DNA of 61,057 nt, filler included, from Deltaproteobacteria bacterium (GTDB lineage: Bacteria > Myxococcota > JACRCW01), in NCBI GenBank assembly GCA_016218805.1. It is 3 parts of 3 records of this genome, joined end to end, with 100 filler letters (N's around TTAATTAATTAA, not from the genome) between each part and the next. Parts side by side here need not be neighbours in the genome. Positions count along the whole stretch, not along the records: positions 1 to 28,079 come from JACRCW010000104.1; positions 28,180 to 51,680 come from JACRCW010000105.1; 1 more part is not named here. One strand, 5' to 3'. This document shows positions 17,366 to 32,511 of this stretch, piece after piece. How positions within the stretch are numbered: position 1 is the first letter of the stretch; the number at the start of each line of letters is the position of its first letter. The translations under genes were made by a program, and so were the position numbers. The notes below the pieces were generated by a model. The model was not told the origin of the DNA. It did not search any database and saw nothing but the letters and a program-made list of their open reading frames with translations.

Positions 17366-18349
17366 ATGCGCCATCGCGGTCTTGTCGTCGTCACTGCAGC
17401 GGTCCTGGGCCTGGGTGCGTGGCTGTTTGCCCGCGCGCAGGCGCTCACCGGCCCCTCCTCCACGCTCCCCTATGAGGGATTCCTGGAAAACAACGGTGTC
17501 CCCGTGCAGGGCAACGTCGACGCGACGTTTGAACTGTATGACGACTACAACCCGGCAGACGCCAACGTGGGCACCCGCGTGTGGGAGGAGACGCAGGCGG
17601 GTGTTGCCGTCGTCGGCGGGCGCTTTGCGGTGGCGCTGGGCAGCGTGACGCCGCTGACCGCGCAGGCCACGCAGGCGGGGCGACTGTTCCTGGCCATCAC
17701 CGTCAACGGGACCACGCTGCAGGGACGGCAGGCGTTGGGCAGCGTGCCGTACTCCTGGCGGGGCGTGCCCGGCGCGGACTTCCGCGTGGACGGGGACTTG
17801 CGTGCCGGCACGGTGACCACGCCCGGCACGGTGACGGCGGCCGCGTTCCAGGGGGACGGCTGGGGCCTGAGCCACGTAGGCCGCATGGTGCAGCTGCGCA
17901 CCGCGTATACCAACCAGTTCATCAGCTCCACGTCCTCCATCCCGTGGGATGACACCGCGCCGGAGATCGCCGAAGGCGTGGAGATTGCGTCGGTGACCCT
18001 CACGCCGGCCTCCGCCAACAGCACGCTCATCATTGACGCCACCGTGCACGCGGTGGAGTTGAGCAACACGTCCAATCACGTGATCCTGGCGCTGTTCCGT
18101 GACGGGGCCACGCCCGCCATCGCCGCGGCGGTGGGGGAGCAGTACGAGGACTACGCCTACGCCAGCGGAGAGACCCACACGCTCCAACTGCACCACGTGG
18201 TGACCGCGGGAACCACCGCGCCGACGACGTTCAGCATCCGCTGCGGCGTGGATTCCGGGACGGTGAACATCAACGGCGGCGGGGGCGGCCGCAAACTGGG
18301 CGGCGCACTGCACAGCGGGATGACGGTGATGGAGTTTGAACGCCCCTGA
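17366..18349 (+). CDS. Secreted fibre-like adhesin with a phage tail-fibre-like C-terminal tip
   Basis: GGAGGAG SD; signal peptide; LPYEGFL..NGVPVQG...FELY...WEE...GRFAVALG...RQALGSVPY N-terminal domain typical of secreted fibre proteins; beta-rich tip IPWDDT.P...EG.E...VTLTP. Confidence 0.7.
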   Translation: MRHRGLVVVTAAVLGLGAWLFARAQALTGPSSTLPYEGFLENNGVPVQGNVDATFELYDDYNPADANVGTRVWEETQAGVAVVGGRFAVALGSVTPLTAQATQAGRLFLAITVNGTTLQGRQALGSVPYSWRGVPGADFRVDGDLRAGTVTTPGTVTAAAFQGDGWGLSHVGRMVQLRTAYTNQFISSTSSIPWDDTAPEIAEGVEIASVTLTPASANSTLIIDATVHAVELSNTSNHVILALFRDGATPAIAAAVGEQYEDYAYASGETHTLQLHHVVTAGTTAPTTFSIRCGVDSGTVNINGGGGGRKLGGALHSGMTVMEFERP

Positions 18350-18365
18350 GCTGAGGCGGGAGGGC

Positions 18366-20999
<2,634 letters not shown>

Positions 21000-21016
21000 G
21001 CAGACCTCGGCGGGGC

Positions 21017-22315
<1,299 letters not shown>

Positions 22316-22510
22316 ACCTCGGAAACGGACGCCACGCGGGGGTGTTTCTACATAGCCGCGCGGTGGGACACCGGCAACGAAAGCCCCGGCAAGACGCGGA
22401 TTTTTCGCCGCGTGGCGGTCCGCGGAGCGCCGCGTCCGTCATGGCGGCCCAGCAGCCCATACAGCGGATGCGGCGCCTCGCAACCGACGTAACGCTGGGC
22501 ACATTGGGCT

Positions 22511-22532
22511 TGGTGGTACTAAGATACCGCCA
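22511..22532 (+). promoter_or_regulatory. Putative TA operator overlapping a -10 element (leaderless promoter)
   Basis: TGGTGGTA-CTAAGA-TACCGCCA imperfect inverted repeat (7/8); TAAGAT at 22520-22525 lies 6 nt before the ATG; no SD. Confidence 0.5.
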
Positions 22533-22804
22533 TGGCTCGGGCAAAGGTGACCCTCACCCTAACGGTGGACAACCTCGAGGAGCTTCGGACGCGGGTGGGC
22601 GCGCGGAGCCTGTCTGCTGCCGTGGACGCGGCAGTGAGTGCGTACCTGGCGCGCATGCGTCACCTGTCCGCAGTGGACCAATGGCTGGCCGAGTTGGAGC
22701 GCGCCCATGGCCCTATTCCGCCTGAGACCCTCGACTGGGCAGTGGACGTGGTGGACACGTGGGCCACCGGACGGTCCCGGCAGCGTCGTCGCAATGCGGC
22801 CTGA
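22532..22804 (+). CDS. Type II TA antitoxin (RHH/CcdA-like)
   Basis: KVTLTL beta-strand then helices SLSAAVDAAV; WLAELERAHGPIPPE tail; stop overlaps the PIN gene start. Confidence 0.8.
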   Translation: MARAKVTLTLTVDNLEELRTRVGARSLSAAVDAAVSAYLARMRHLSAVDQWLAELERAHGPIPPETLDWAVDVVDTWATGRSRQRRRNAA

Positions 22805-23208
22805 TGCTCCTCCTGGACAGCGAGGCCATTTCCGCCCCGGCCCATGGCCCACCAGACCGGCGCGACCGTGTGCGCGCGTTGATCCAACAGATGCGGAAGC
22901 ACCAGTTGCCGGTGGCCGTGGTTGCCGCGGTCCTCTGCGAAGTCGTCCGCGGGCGATCGGCGGATGCAGCGGCGTTCTCCGTGTTCCAGCGTGAACGGGT
23001 CGAGGTGCGCCCCGTCGATGGGCGAGTGGGCATTCGCGCCAGCCGACTGCTTGGCCGGGTCCAATCCGGCTCTGCACTGGCGGTGGACGCCTTCGTCGTT
23101 GCCGTCGCGGACCTCGCGGGCGGTGCGGTGATCGCGACCGGAGATCCCGACGACATGAAACGACTTGCCACGTACGCAAACAAGACTCGCGTCGTCGACG
23201 TCTCCTGA
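22804..23208 (+). CDS. PIN-domain toxin (VapC-like)
   Basis: LLLDSEA, VLCEV, AVDAFVVA, IATGDPDD acidic PIN motifs; TGATG coupling with the antitoxin. Confidence 0.85.
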   Translation: MLLLDSEAISAPAHGPPDRRDRVRALIQQMRKHQLPVAVVAAVLCEVVRGRSADAAAFSVFQRERVEVRPVDGRVGIRASRLLGRVQSGSALAVDAFVVAVADLAGGAVIATGDPDDMKRLATYANKTRVVDVS

Positions 23209-23217
23209 CTCAAGTAA

Positions 23218-23867
23218 TCAGAACGCGCGGATGCGCGCGCCCCACAGCAGCTCCACCGTGCCTTCCGCCACCGGCACCTGGTAGGGGACGGGCCACAGCA
23301 GCGGACCTGTGCGCGCATCAAATGAACCAAACACGGCGACGCGGTCCACGACGAAGTACTCCATCCCGCCGCCTGCGCGCAGGCCCACGTTGAAATGCGG
23401 TGGACCCGGCCGCAGCACCTTGTGCGCGTGTCCAAATGCGCCCGCCTCCAGGAACGGTGCGAACGTGGTGCCGGTCTCCCAGCGGTACCGCACGCCGCCG
23501 GTGAACCCCAGGCCCGCAGCGAGGTACGACAGCATGTGCGGGTTGGGCAGCGGGTTGCCCAGGCCGGGGCGGACGCCGGAGGTGGGCAGCTGGAAGTTGG
23601 CCTGTGCGGTGGGCCACAGGCCGCCCACCACGGACAGGCGGTGCGGGTGCCACGGCGAATGCAGCACGTTGACGTCAAACGTGACGCCCGCCGTCCCGCC
23701 GGCGGTGGGCGTCTGGCGCGTGCCGCGGTCCAGCCGCAGGAAGTTGTACGTGGGGCCGGCCTCCACGGAGATGAACGTGGTGAACGGGCGGAAGTTGTCC
23801 GCCCGCGCCGCCGGGGTTCCCCCCAGCGCCGCCGTCACCACCGCCAGACCGGCCACCCAAAGACGCA

Positions 23868-23868
<1 letters not shown>
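23218..23868 (-). CDS. Outer-membrane beta-barrel protein
   Basis: Signal peptide (ARA), alternating amphipathic strands (GVRYRW, PFLEAGAFG, GGGMEYFV), C-terminal Phe. Confidence 0.7.
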
Positions 23869-25181
<1,313 letters not shown>

Positions 25182-25387
25182 TCACCTCCGGAACGGCGTT
25201 GGGGCGCGGTCTCTACCACCGGGTTCCCGGGGGTCCAACCGCGACGGTCAAGGCACCGGTTTGTCCTCGGGGCCACACACAACGTGACGTCCCGTGCTCA
25301 GGGCACGGTCCGCGGTCTGGCACTTGAACGCGGGGCGCCCGAGCCGTTATCGGCCCCGCACTACCGTACTCCCGAGGAGGAGACGCC

Positions 25388-26503
25388 ATGAACAAGTTGG
25401 TCCTGATGGGTTGCGGCCTGATCGCCGTCACGCTTGCCTGCAACAAGCCACCACCTGCGGCTCCGGCACCCGCCGCTGCGCCTGCGCCCGCCGCTGCGCC
25501 CGCTGCTGCACCGGCTGCTGCGCCCGCTGCCGCGCCCAAGGAGATTGACCCCGCAGTGCTTGCCATGTTCGCGCAGCTCCCTGCGGACATGGCGGCTGGC
25601 AAGGACGTGTCCGCGCCGCGCGTGGACCTGGGCCGCATGCTGTATTTTGAGAAGCGGCTGTCCAAGAACCACGACGTGTCGTGCAACTCGTGCCATGCGC
25701 TGGACAAGTATGGCGTGGACAACGAGCCCACGAGCCCCGGTCACAAGAAGCAGCGCGGCGAGCGCAACAGCCCCACGGTGTACAACGCGGCGCTGCACAT
25801 GGCGCAGTTCTGGGATGGCCGCGCCCCCGACGTGGAAGCGCAGGCCAAGATGCCCGTGACCAACCCGGTGGAGATGACCATGCCCAGTCCCGATGCTGTG
25901 GTGAAGGTGCTCAAGTCCATCCCCGGCTACGCGGACGCGTTCAAGAAGGCGTTCCCCGCCGACAAGGACCCCATCACGTTTGACAACATGGCGGCGGCCA
26001 TTGGCGCCTTTGAGCGCAAGCTGGTCACCCCGGGCCGGTGGGACAAATTCCTGGCGGGTGACAAGGCGGCGCTCACCGCCGACGAGAAGGCGGGCCTGTC
26101 CGTGTTTCTGGAGACGGGTTGCACCGCGTGCCACGCGGGACCGGCGCTGGGCGGCGCGATGTACCAGAAGACGGGCCTGGTGAAGGCGTGGCCCAACCAG
26201 GCGGACCAGGGGCGCTTCAAGGTCACCAACCAGGAAGTGGACAAGATGATGTTCAAGGTCCCCACGCTGCGCAACGTGGAGAAGACCGCGCCGTACTTCC
26301 ATGACGGCAAGACCGCGTCACTGGATGAGGCCGTCAAGCTGATGGCGGAATACCAACTGGGCCGCGTGCTGACGGACGTGCAGGTGAAGTCCATCTCCAC
26401 GTTCCTCAAGGCGCTCACCGGTGACCTCCCGGCGGCGGACTTCATCAAGGAGCCTGCGCTGCCCGAGTCCGGCAAGAACACCCCCAAGCCCGATCCGACC
26501 TGA
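25388..26503 (+). CDS. Di-heme cytochrome c peroxidase (CcpA/MauG family) lipoprotein
   Basis: GAGGAGGAG SD; lipobox TLAC; (PAAA)n linker; CNSCH and CTACH; RNSPTVYNAA, QFWDGRA, FKVPTLRNV, PYFHDG. Confidence 0.93.
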   Translation: MNKLVLMGCGLIAVTLACNKPPPAAPAPAAAPAPAAAPAAAPAAAPAAAPKEIDPAVLAMFAQLPADMAAGKDVSAPRVDLGRMLYFEKRLSKNHDVSCNSCHALDKYGVDNEPTSPGHKKQRGERNSPTVYNAALHMAQFWDGRAPDVEAQAKMPVTNPVEMTMPSPDAVVKVLKSIPGYADAFKKAFPADKDPITFDNMAAAIGAFERKLVTPGRWDKFLAGDKAALTADEKAGLSVFLETGCTACHAGPALGGAMYQKTGLVKAWPNQADQGRFKVTNQEVDKMMFKVPTLRNVEKTAPYFHDGKTASLDEAVKLMAEYQLGRVLTDVQVKSISTFLKALTGDLPAADFIKEPALPESGKNTPKPDPT

Positions 26504-26554
26504 CGCGCCTGCCGGGCTTGACCTCGCCCGGTGCGGCTGTGTCCCATGCGCGGC

Positions 26555-27859
26555 ATGAACCACCGCCGCGCCCCTCTTGTTGCCGCCAGCCTGATCCTTG
26601 CCGGGTTGCCGGCCTGCTCCGGCTGCCTGCAGGACACCCTGGGTTCCGACGGGCGTGACGCCGGAGCGGGGAACGCGTCGTCATGGTCGTCGTCGTCGTC
26701 CACGTCGGGCGGTTCCGGCGGGGCGTCGTCGCTCGGATCGGGTGGTGCGTCATCCACGGGAACCGGGTCGTCCGCGGAGGTGGACGCGGGCTTCACCCCG
26801 CCGGACGCAGGCATTGGCACGTGCCGAAGCGGGTGCGGCAGCTGGGTGTTCACCACGCCGCTGCCGGCCACGCGCAACCGGCACACGGCCACGCTGCTGG
26901 ACACCGGCAAGGTGCTGGTGGCCGGCGGTGACAACGGGATGGAACCGGAGAAGACGTGCCTGCTGTACAACCCGTCCGACGAGATCTGGACGGCCACCGG
27001 GTCGCTCAACGACGCGCGCTACGGGCACACGGCCACGCGGCTGGCCGACGGGCGCGTGGTGGTGATGGGCGGTTGGGGCAAGCTCTCCGGCACGCTGGCC
27101 GCGTTGCCAACGGTGGAGGTGTATTCGCCCACCGCGGGGACGTGGACGCGCGTGGACAGCATGCCGGACGGCCGCGCGGGCCACACCGCCACGCTGGGTA
27201 CGGACGGGCGCGTCTACGTCGCGGGCGGCATTTCAGATACGCAGTACGTGGCGGCGGTGGAGTCCTTCAACCCGGCCACCAGCACGTTTGCAGCAGCCGG
27301 GAACCTGGCGGAACCGCGCTACGTGCACGCGGCGGCCGCGCTGCCGGGGGACAAGGTGATGCTCATTGCCGGGCGGCACATCTCTGACACGCTGGCCAGC
27401 GTGGAGGTCATTGACCGGGTCATGGTGACGCCGGGCGTGGCCCTGCCGTTGGGAGCGTGGGGCGTGGCCGCCACGGAGCTGGATGACACGCGCGCGCTGG
27501 TGACCGGCGGCTACCGCGCGGGCGCCTCCGGTGACGCGTGGGCCTGGCATCCCACCAACGCCACGTGGGGCGGGCCCTACGCCATGGTGACGCCGCGCTG
27601 GGGGCATGAAGCGGTGAAACTGACGGACGGCACGGTGATACTGGTGGGCGGCACGCGCGGGGGCACGGACCCCTCCACGCTGTCCGCGTGCGAGCGGTAC
27701 CACCCCGCTGACAACACGTTCACGGACAGCGCATGGATGAACGTGCCGCGGTTGTCCCACACGGCCACGCGGCTGGCGGACGGCCGGGTGCTCGTCGTCG
27801 GGGGCACGTACGAGTTTGACCTGCTTGTCTCCGCGGAACTCTTCACGCCCGCACCGTGA
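26555..27859 (+). CDS. Kelch-repeat beta-propeller lipoprotein
   Basis: LPAC lipobox, Ser/Gly linker, repeated R..HTAT.L.DG.V.V.GG Kelch units. Confidence 0.88.
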   Translation: MNHRRAPLVAASLILAGLPACSGCLQDTLGSDGRDAGAGNASSWSSSSSTSGGSGGASSLGSGGASSTGTGSSAEVDAGFTPPDAGIGTCRSGCGSWVFTTPLPATRNRHTATLLDTGKVLVAGGDNGMEPEKTCLLYNPSDEIWTATGSLNDARYGHTATRLADGRVVVMGGWGKLSGTLAALPTVEVYSPTAGTWTRVDSMPDGRAGHTATLGTDGRVYVAGGISDTQYVAAVESFNPATSTFAAAGNLAEPRYVHAAAALPGDKVMLIAGRHISDTLASVEVIDRVMVTPGVALPLGAWGVAATELDDTRALVTGGYRAGASGDAWAWHPTNATWGGPYAMVTPRWGHEAVKLTDGTVILVGGTRGGTDPSTLSACERYHPADNTFTDSAWMNVPRLSHTATRLADGRVLVVGGTYEFDLLVSAELFTPAP

Positions 27860-27946
27860 CGGCGTGCGGAGCGCGGGACGTCGTCGCCTTGGGGTGGGTT
27901 GGTGGCGGGTGCGACGGGTGATGTGTGCGGTGGGGTGGAGTCACGG

Positions 27947-28078
27947 TCACGCGGAAAACACGTCCTGCACTGTCATGGCGGTGACAAAGCGCAGCGCCCA
28001 TTCATCCAACTGTTCCTGGGTGGCGCTGCCAACGCGGTCCGCAGCCCACGGGGGCAGGTCACCAAACCTGGCACGCAG
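27947..28078 (-). CDS. C-terminal fragment of a DUF4351-like domain protein (often fused to Rpn-family nucleases), cut by the contig end
   Basis: Manual translation LRARFGDLPPWAADRVGSATQEQLDEWALRFVTAMTVQDVFSA*, matching the RFG.LP...L..W..R......DVF pattern. Confidence 0.7.
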   Translation of the reverse strand: MRARFGDLPPWAADRVGSATQEQLDEWALRFVTAMTVQDVFSA

Positions 28079-28079
28079 C

Positions 28080-28179
28080 NNNNNNNNNNNNNNNNNNNNN
28101 NNNNNNNNNNNNNNNNNNNNNNNTTAATTAATTAANNNNNNNNNNNNNNNNNNNNNNNNNNNNNNNNNNNNNNNNNNNN
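28080..28179. other. Artificial contig linker
   Basis: N44-TTAATTAATTAA-N44, giving stops in all six frames. Confidence 0.97.
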
Positions 28180-29497
28180 CGCCGCGCCGGCACCGCGGCC
28201 CGCCCCCGCGGCGCCCGCTCCCCGTCCGGCCACCCCGCCGTCCGCGCCGCCGCCGCCCGCCGCCGCACGCAAGGCCGAAGGCCTCACCCTGCTCCGCCCC
28301 GTGGAGATGCCGGAGGAGCCGTTGCCGCCGCCCGCGCCGGTGGACGCCAGCGCATTTGATATTGGGCTGGAAGCGGTGGAGGAGGCGCCGCAGCTGGAGT
28401 TGGAATCCGTCCCGGACGCGTTTGACGCCGCGGACGGCATGGACCCCCGCGAAGAGATGGAGCTCATTCTGCGCGTGGCCGCGGACATGGAGGTCAGTGA
28501 CCTGCACCTGCACGCCGGCCACCGCGTGGTGACCCGCATCCACGGCGCGCTGGCGGAGCAGCCCACCAAGGAGTTCTCCGCGGACAAGGTGGAGCGGCTG
28601 GTGCTGGCCATCCTCACGGAGGCGCAGCAGCAGCAGCTGCAGAAGGCCGGCGAGCTGGACTTTGCATACACCATCCCGTCGGGCGCGCGGTTCCGCGCCA
28701 ACACCTACCGCCACCAGCGCGGGTTGGACGCCGTCTTCCGCTATGTCCCGGCCCAGCCGCCCACGCTGGAGCACCTGGGCCTGCCCGCCTCCCTGGCGGG
28801 CATGCTGCGCTGGCACAACGGGCTGATGCTGTTCACCGGACCGGCGGGGTGCGGCAAGACCAGCACCATGGCGGCCATGGTGGCGCTGCTGAACAAGGAC
28901 CGCACGGACAACATCATCACCATTGAGGACCCCATTGAGTTCGTGCATCCCCCGGGGCGGTCCAGCTTCATCCAACGCGAGGTGGGCGGGCACACCCGCT
29001 CCTTTGCGCGCGCGCTCCGCGGCAGCCTGCGCGAGGACCCGGACGTGATTGTGGTGGGTGAGCTGCGTGACCTGGAGACCATCAGCCTGGCGCTCTCCGC
29101 CGCCGAGACGGGCCACCTGGTGCTGGCCACGCTGCACACCAACAACGCCGTGCGCACCATCAACCGCGTCATCAACGCCTACCCGCCGGAGCAGCAGGAC
29201 CAGGCGCGGGCCATGCTGTCCGAGAGCCTGCGCGGTGTGATCAGCCAGCGGTTGCTCCCGCGGGCGGACGGGGAGGGCCGCGCGCTGGCGCTGGAGATTC
29301 TGGTGGTCAACAAGGCCGCGGCCAACCTCATCCGTGAGAACAAGACGCTGCAGCTGCGCACGCTCATCCAGACGGCCAGCGGTGAAGGCATGGTGCTGCT
29401 GGACAACGCGCTGCTGCAGCTGGTGAAGGCCGGCACCATCACCCGCGAAGAGGCACTGCGGCACGCCGAGGAAACCCGGCGGTTTGAGTCCGCCTGA
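28180..29497 (+). CDS. PilT/PilU-family type IV pilus ATPase with a Pro/acidic N-terminal extension (5' truncated)
   Basis: SDLHLHAG, RFRAN, GPAGCGKTST, ITIEDPIEF, LREDPDVIVVGELRD, TLHT, AAANLIRE; frame is open from the contig edge. Confidence 0.9.
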
Positions 29498-29508
29498 GGA
29501 AAACACGC

Positions 29509-30615
29509 ATGGCCCGCATTGACGCGCTGCTGAGCCGTTTGGTGGAGGAGAAAGGGAGCGACCTGCACCTGGGCTGCGGTTCGCCGCCGCGCTTCCGCAT
29601 CCGCGGCCACCTGGAGGCGGTGCCCGGCACACTGCCGCTCAATGACCTGGAGGTGGGCAAGTTCCTGGTTGAAATCACGCCCCCCAACCTGTGGAAGCGC
29701 TACTGCGACGAGAACGACCTGGATTTTGCGTACACGCTGCCCGGCGTGGCGCGCTTCCGCGTCAACCTGCACCGCCAGGTCACCGGCCGCGGCGCCGTGC
29801 TGCGCACCATCCCCGAACAGATCATTCCGCTGGAAGAGCTGCGCATGCCGGCGTCGGTGGAGTCACTGGCGCACCTGCGCGACGGGTTGGTGCTGGTCAC
29901 CGGGCCCACCGGCAGCGGCAAGTCCACCACGCTGGCGGCCATTGTGGATTGCATCAACCGCACCTACGCGCGGCACATCGTCACCATTGAGGACCCCGTT
30001 GAATTCGTGCACCAGAACAAGAAGAGCTACTTCAGCCACCGCGAGGTGGGGCGGCACACGGAGGGGTTTGCGCCCGCGCTGCGCGCCGCGGTCCGCCAGG
30101 ACGCGGACGTGCTGCTCGTAGGCGAAATGCGGGATTACGAGACCATTTCCCTGGCGCTGACGGCGGCGGAGATGGGTCTGCTGGTGTTTGGCACGCTGCA
30201 TACCAACAGCGCGTCCAAGACCATTGACCGGCTCATTGACGCCTTCCCCGCGGCCCAGCAGGCGCAGGCCCGCCTCACGCTCAGCGAATCGCTCGCCGCC
30301 GTGGTCAGCCAGCTGTTGCTCCGCTCCGTGGATGGGAAGCGCCGCGTGGCCGCCGTGGAGGTACTGTTGCGCAGCCCGGGCCTGGGAAACGTCATCCGCG
30401 AGAACAACACGTCCATGATCTATTCGATGATGCAATCCAGTAAGGAGAAGGGGATGCAGACCATGGACCTGGCGCTGCTGGGTCTGCTCAAGGAGGGCAT
30501 CATCAGCCAGGATGACGCCTATCAGCGCGCCACCGATAAGGGGCTGTTTGAGAAGGGTGGTGCCGCGGCCAACGCCGGTGCGGCGGCCGCCACCGCGGCC
30601 CCCGCCCGCAAGTAG
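29509..30615 (+). CDS. pilT: PilT-family type IV pilus retraction ATPase paralogue
   Basis: GSDLHL, RFRVN, GPTGSGKSTT, TIEDPVEF, VGEMRDYETI, TLHTNSA, GMQTMD. Confidence 0.9.
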   Translation: MARIDALLSRLVEEKGSDLHLGCGSPPRFRIRGHLEAVPGTLPLNDLEVGKFLVEITPPNLWKRYCDENDLDFAYTLPGVARFRVNLHRQVTGRGAVLRTIPEQIIPLEELRMPASVESLAHLRDGLVLVTGPTGSGKSTTLAAIVDCINRTYARHIVTIEDPVEFVHQNKKSYFSHREVGRHTEGFAPALRAAVRQDADVLLVGEMRDYETISLALTAAEMGLLVFGTLHTNSASKTIDRLIDAFPAAQQAQARLTLSESLAAVVSQLLLRSVDGKRRVAAVEVLLRSPGLGNVIRENNTSMIYSMMQSSKEKGMQTMDLALLGLLKEGIISQDDAYQRATDKGLFEKGGAAANAGAAAATAAPARK

Positions 30616-30620
30616 CGCCC

Positions 30621-31385
30621 TCAGCGCCCGCCCAGCATCACGCTCCACGCAAAGACAAACAGCAGCACGGCCAGCACGCGCCGGATGGTGTCCGACGGGA
30701 GCCGCCCGGACAGCCACGCACCGCCCTGCGCCCCCAGCACCGCGCCGGCACCCATGGGCAGCGCAATCTCCCAACGTACGTGGCCCAGCGCCGCGTGCCC
30801 CACCACGCCGGCCAGGCTGGTGGCGGCAAGCACAAAGTGCGAGGTGGCCGTGGCCACGTGCACCGGCACGCCAAGGGCCAGCACCAGCACGGGAACGTGG
30901 ATGATGCCGCCGCCTACGCCAAGCACGCTGCTGAACACCCCGACCCCGAGGCTGGCCACCGCGCCCCAGCCCAGCACCCGGCGCGTGGGGACGTAGGGCG
31001 CCTCTCCCTCCACGCGCGGCGCGGGCGTGCGTTGCCGCAGCAGCAGCGCGGAGAGCACCAGCAGGAACACGCCAAACGCCATGGCGAACGTGGCGCGGTT
31101 GATAAGCGCGTGCAGGCGCGGCCCCGCCAGTGCACCGGGGATGGTGGCGGCGGCGTAGACCAGCGCCATGCGGTAGAGGACGCGGCGCTGCCACATGTAC
31201 GCCACGGTCCCGGACACGGCGTTGAGGAGCACCACGGCCAGGGAGGTGCCCGCGGCAGCGGCCGGCTCCATCCCCATGGCCAGGATGAAGAACGGCACCA
31301 TGGCCCAGCCGCCGCCGGTTCCCACCAGTGTGCCCACCGCGCCGATGATGGCGCCCGCCAGCGCGAGCGCGGTGAGCTGCGCCAC
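30621..31385 (-). CDS. TSUP (TauE/SafE) family transporter
   Basis: Duplicated GTLVGTGGG / SSVLGVGGGIIHVP motifs, AAGTS/ATATS, about 8 TM helices; GTG start chosen. Confidence 0.88.
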   Translation of the reverse strand: MAQLTALALAGAIIGAVGTLVGTGGGWAMVPFFILAMGMEPAAAAGTSLAVVLLNAVSGTVAYMWQRRVLYRMALVYAAATIPGALAGPRLHALINRATFAMAFGVFLLVLSALLLRQRTPAPRVEGEAPYVPTRRVLGWGAVASLGVGVFSSVLGVGGGIIHVPVLVLALGVPVHVATATSHFVLAATSLAGVVGHAALGHVRWEIALPMGAGAVLGAQGGAWLSGRLPSDTIRRVLAVLLFVFAWSVMLGGR

Positions 31386-31386
31386 G

Positions 31387-32502
31387 TCAGTGTCCGTGGG
31401 ACACGCCGTTGCCCCGGCGCGCGTGACCCTGCTCGTCGACGGAGACGAGGAACTCCGCCACCGGGCGGAAGATGTCGTCCGGCGCGCGCGGGCCAAAAAT
31501 GAGGTCGATGTGCCCGTAGTCGTGCGCGTGCCCGTGGTCCCGGCCCGCCACCAGCGCCTTCTTCACCGCGCTCCCCGCACACACCACCGCGCGCAGGCAG
31601 TTGGAGGGCCGCGCCAGGTGGTCCGCGGCCCCGGCCACCACCATCACCGGCACCCGCAGCGTGGCCAGCCCGGCGCGGTAGTCCAGCGCGTGGTCCGCGG
31701 AGCGGAACGCGTCCTGGGAAATCCAATCCTCAAATTGCAGCGCCATCCCGCGCGGGACGTTGCTGAGCGCGTTCCACATGGCGCGGCGCGCGTAGCCCAG
31801 GTCCATGTTGTCCGGGTTGAACTGGTTGCGGATGTAGCGCGTGCGGCGCAGCAGCCACAGCCACGGGACCACCAGGCGCGCCAGCAGCCGCACCGGGAGC
31901 ACCGGGAGCGCACGCACCACCCAACGCAGGTTCTCGTCATGGTCCACCACGGCGCCGCGCTCCTCAAATCCCAATGGTGACCCAATGGCCGTGATGGAGG
32001 CCAGCTCCGCGTCACCGTGCCGCACCGCGTACGCGTAGGACAGCAGCCCGCCCATGGAGTGACCCACCAGGTGCACCTGCAGGGACCCCGCCGCGCTGCG
32101 CACCGTCTCCAGGATGGCCGGCAGGTCCCGCTCCACGTGCGCGTCAAACGAAAACCCCGGGCCGCCGGACGCGGGCGGTGACGCGTCATGGTCCCCGCGC
32201 AGGCCGGCCACCCACACGTCAAACCCCTGCGCGGCCAGGTACGCCGCCAGGTTGGCGTGTCCGGGGAACTGCAGGTTGAAGTGGGACGCGCCCAGCCCGT
32301 GCAGGCACAACACCGTCCCGCGCCGTGGGCCGCCCGCCGGCGCGCGGTGGCGGTACAGCGAGAGCGTGTGTCCGTCGGCGGTGAGCACGCGGCGGGATTC
32401 GTCCGCGGCGGGGAGCGTGTGGAGCGCGCGCGCCAGCCACGCGTACAGCAGCAGCAGGAATGACCCCAACGCCGCAGCCAGCACGAGGAGCACAGACCCC
32501 AT
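31387..32502 (-). CDS. Alpha/beta hydrolase (lipase/PhaC-like)
   Basis: LCLHGLG, GFDVW, VGHSMGG nucleophile elbow, AGAADHLA, DYGHIDL. Confidence 0.88.
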   Translation of the reverse strand: MGSVLLVLAAALGSFLLLLYAWLARALHTLPAADESRRVLTADGHTLSLYRHRAPAGGPRRGTVLCLHGLGASHFNLQFPGHANLAAYLAAQGFDVWVAGLRGDHDASPPASGGPGFSFDAHVERDLPAILETVRSAAGSLQVHLVGHSMGGLLSYAYAVRHGDAELASITAIGSPLGFEERGAVVDHDENLRWVVRALPVLPVRLLARLVVPWLWLLRRTRYIRNQFNPDNMDLGYARRAMWNALSNVPRGMALQFEDWISQDAFRSADHALDYRAGLATLRVPVMVVAGAADHLARPSNCLRAVVCAGSAVKKALVAGRDHGHAHDYGHIDLIFGPRAPDDIFRPVAEFLVSVDEQGHARRGNGVSHGH

Positions 32503-32511
32503 CCGGTGTCC

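Noticed and set aside
25456..25537. 12-bp GC-rich tandem repeat
   Set aside because: It encodes the (PAAA)n linker of the cytochrome c peroxidase
28080..28179. TTAATTAATTAA palindrome within N-runs (also at 51681-51780) as a biological element
   Set aside because: Identical N-flanked six-frame-stop linker used to join contigs; neighbourhoods across it were not interpreted
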